From NCBI GenBank assembly GCA_034669905.1, contig JAXMOL010000056.1, positions 1 through 48,069 on the forward strand: DNA of 48,069 nucleotides, given 5' to 3'. Origin of the DNA: Candidatus Hydrogenedentota bacterium (GTDB taxonomy: Bacteria; Hydrogenedentota; Hydrogenedentia; Hydrogenedentales; JAEUWI01). Of the stretch, positions 47,616-48,069 are shown one piece after another. The notes beneath the pieces are model-generated. The model was not told the origin of the DNA. It worked only from the letters and a program-made list of their open reading frames with translations, and did no database searches. Position numbers and translations under genes: made by a program. Position 1 is the stretch's first letter; each line of letters starts with the position of its first letter.

Positions 47616-48069
47616 AGGGACCGTCTCGCCCGGGTTCTTGGGAGCTTTGACGGGTGCCACCCTCAAGCAGAGGAGCGCAGCGGGGGAAGCTTGTGGGTGA
47701 GGGCGTGGTGGTTTGCGAAGCTGGCGTGGGTTCGACTTCACCAACGACGGGACAGCCACCGCCGTCTTCGTTTACGGGCGTGGGGTAGGGCCGTGGAACT
47801 TGCGCCGAGGTGGGAAGGGATACCCACCCAAATGGGGCGAGGCAGTCCCTGAGGGACGGTCTCGCCCCGGTTCTTGGGAGCTTTGACGGGTGCCACCCTC
47901 AAGCAGAGGAGCGCAGCGGGGGAAGCTTGTGGGTGAGGGCGTGGTGGTTTGCGACGCTGGCGTGGGTTCGACTTCACCAACGACGGGACAGCCACCGCCG
48001 TCTTCGTTTACGGGTGTGGGGTAGGGCCGTGGGGTTTGCGCCGACGTGAGAAAGGATACCCACCCAAAT
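47616..48069. repeat. 236-bp tandem composite REP unit, truncated by the window end
   Basis: 47616-47833 repeats at 47852-48069. Each unit joins the AGGGAC.GTCTCGCCC, GTGCCACCCTCAA and CGACGGGACAGCCACC modules; junction hairpin at 47834-47868. Confidence 0.95.

Overview
A GC-rich bacterial chromosomal segment, probably a whole metagenomic contig: it starts with an Illumina adapter remnant (1-14) and ends inside a 236-bp tandem repeat. The long (Glu-Gly)n lipoprotein, DUF1553/DUF1501 pair, sulfatase and Tat-exported hydrolases suggest Candidatus Hydrogenedentes or a PVC-like lineage (inference). About 31 protein-coding genes are supported. They include a System II cytochrome c maturation operon (ccsB/resB, ccsA) led by a three-domain His-rich lipoprotein, HU, a solitary PilC/GspF, a PpiC rotamase, an atypical ArgRS (HVGR motif), a higBA module, a DUF2339 membrane protein, and a preQ0/preQ1 cluster (queE, two-domain queD, queF, queC) split by an orphan beta-propeller histidine kinase. 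Two paralogous PHP metallohydrolases flank a BNR-repeat gene, followed by a Kelch-like gene and DUF1553/DUF1501. Intergenic DNA is dense with several REP/REPIN-like palindromic families. Repeatedly, 24-100 bp duplications of host gene ends, terminators or promoters bracket a REP element or the TA module. No rRNA, tRNA, CRISPR array, transposase or integrase was recognised. Product calls come from motif recognition by eye; no database search was run.
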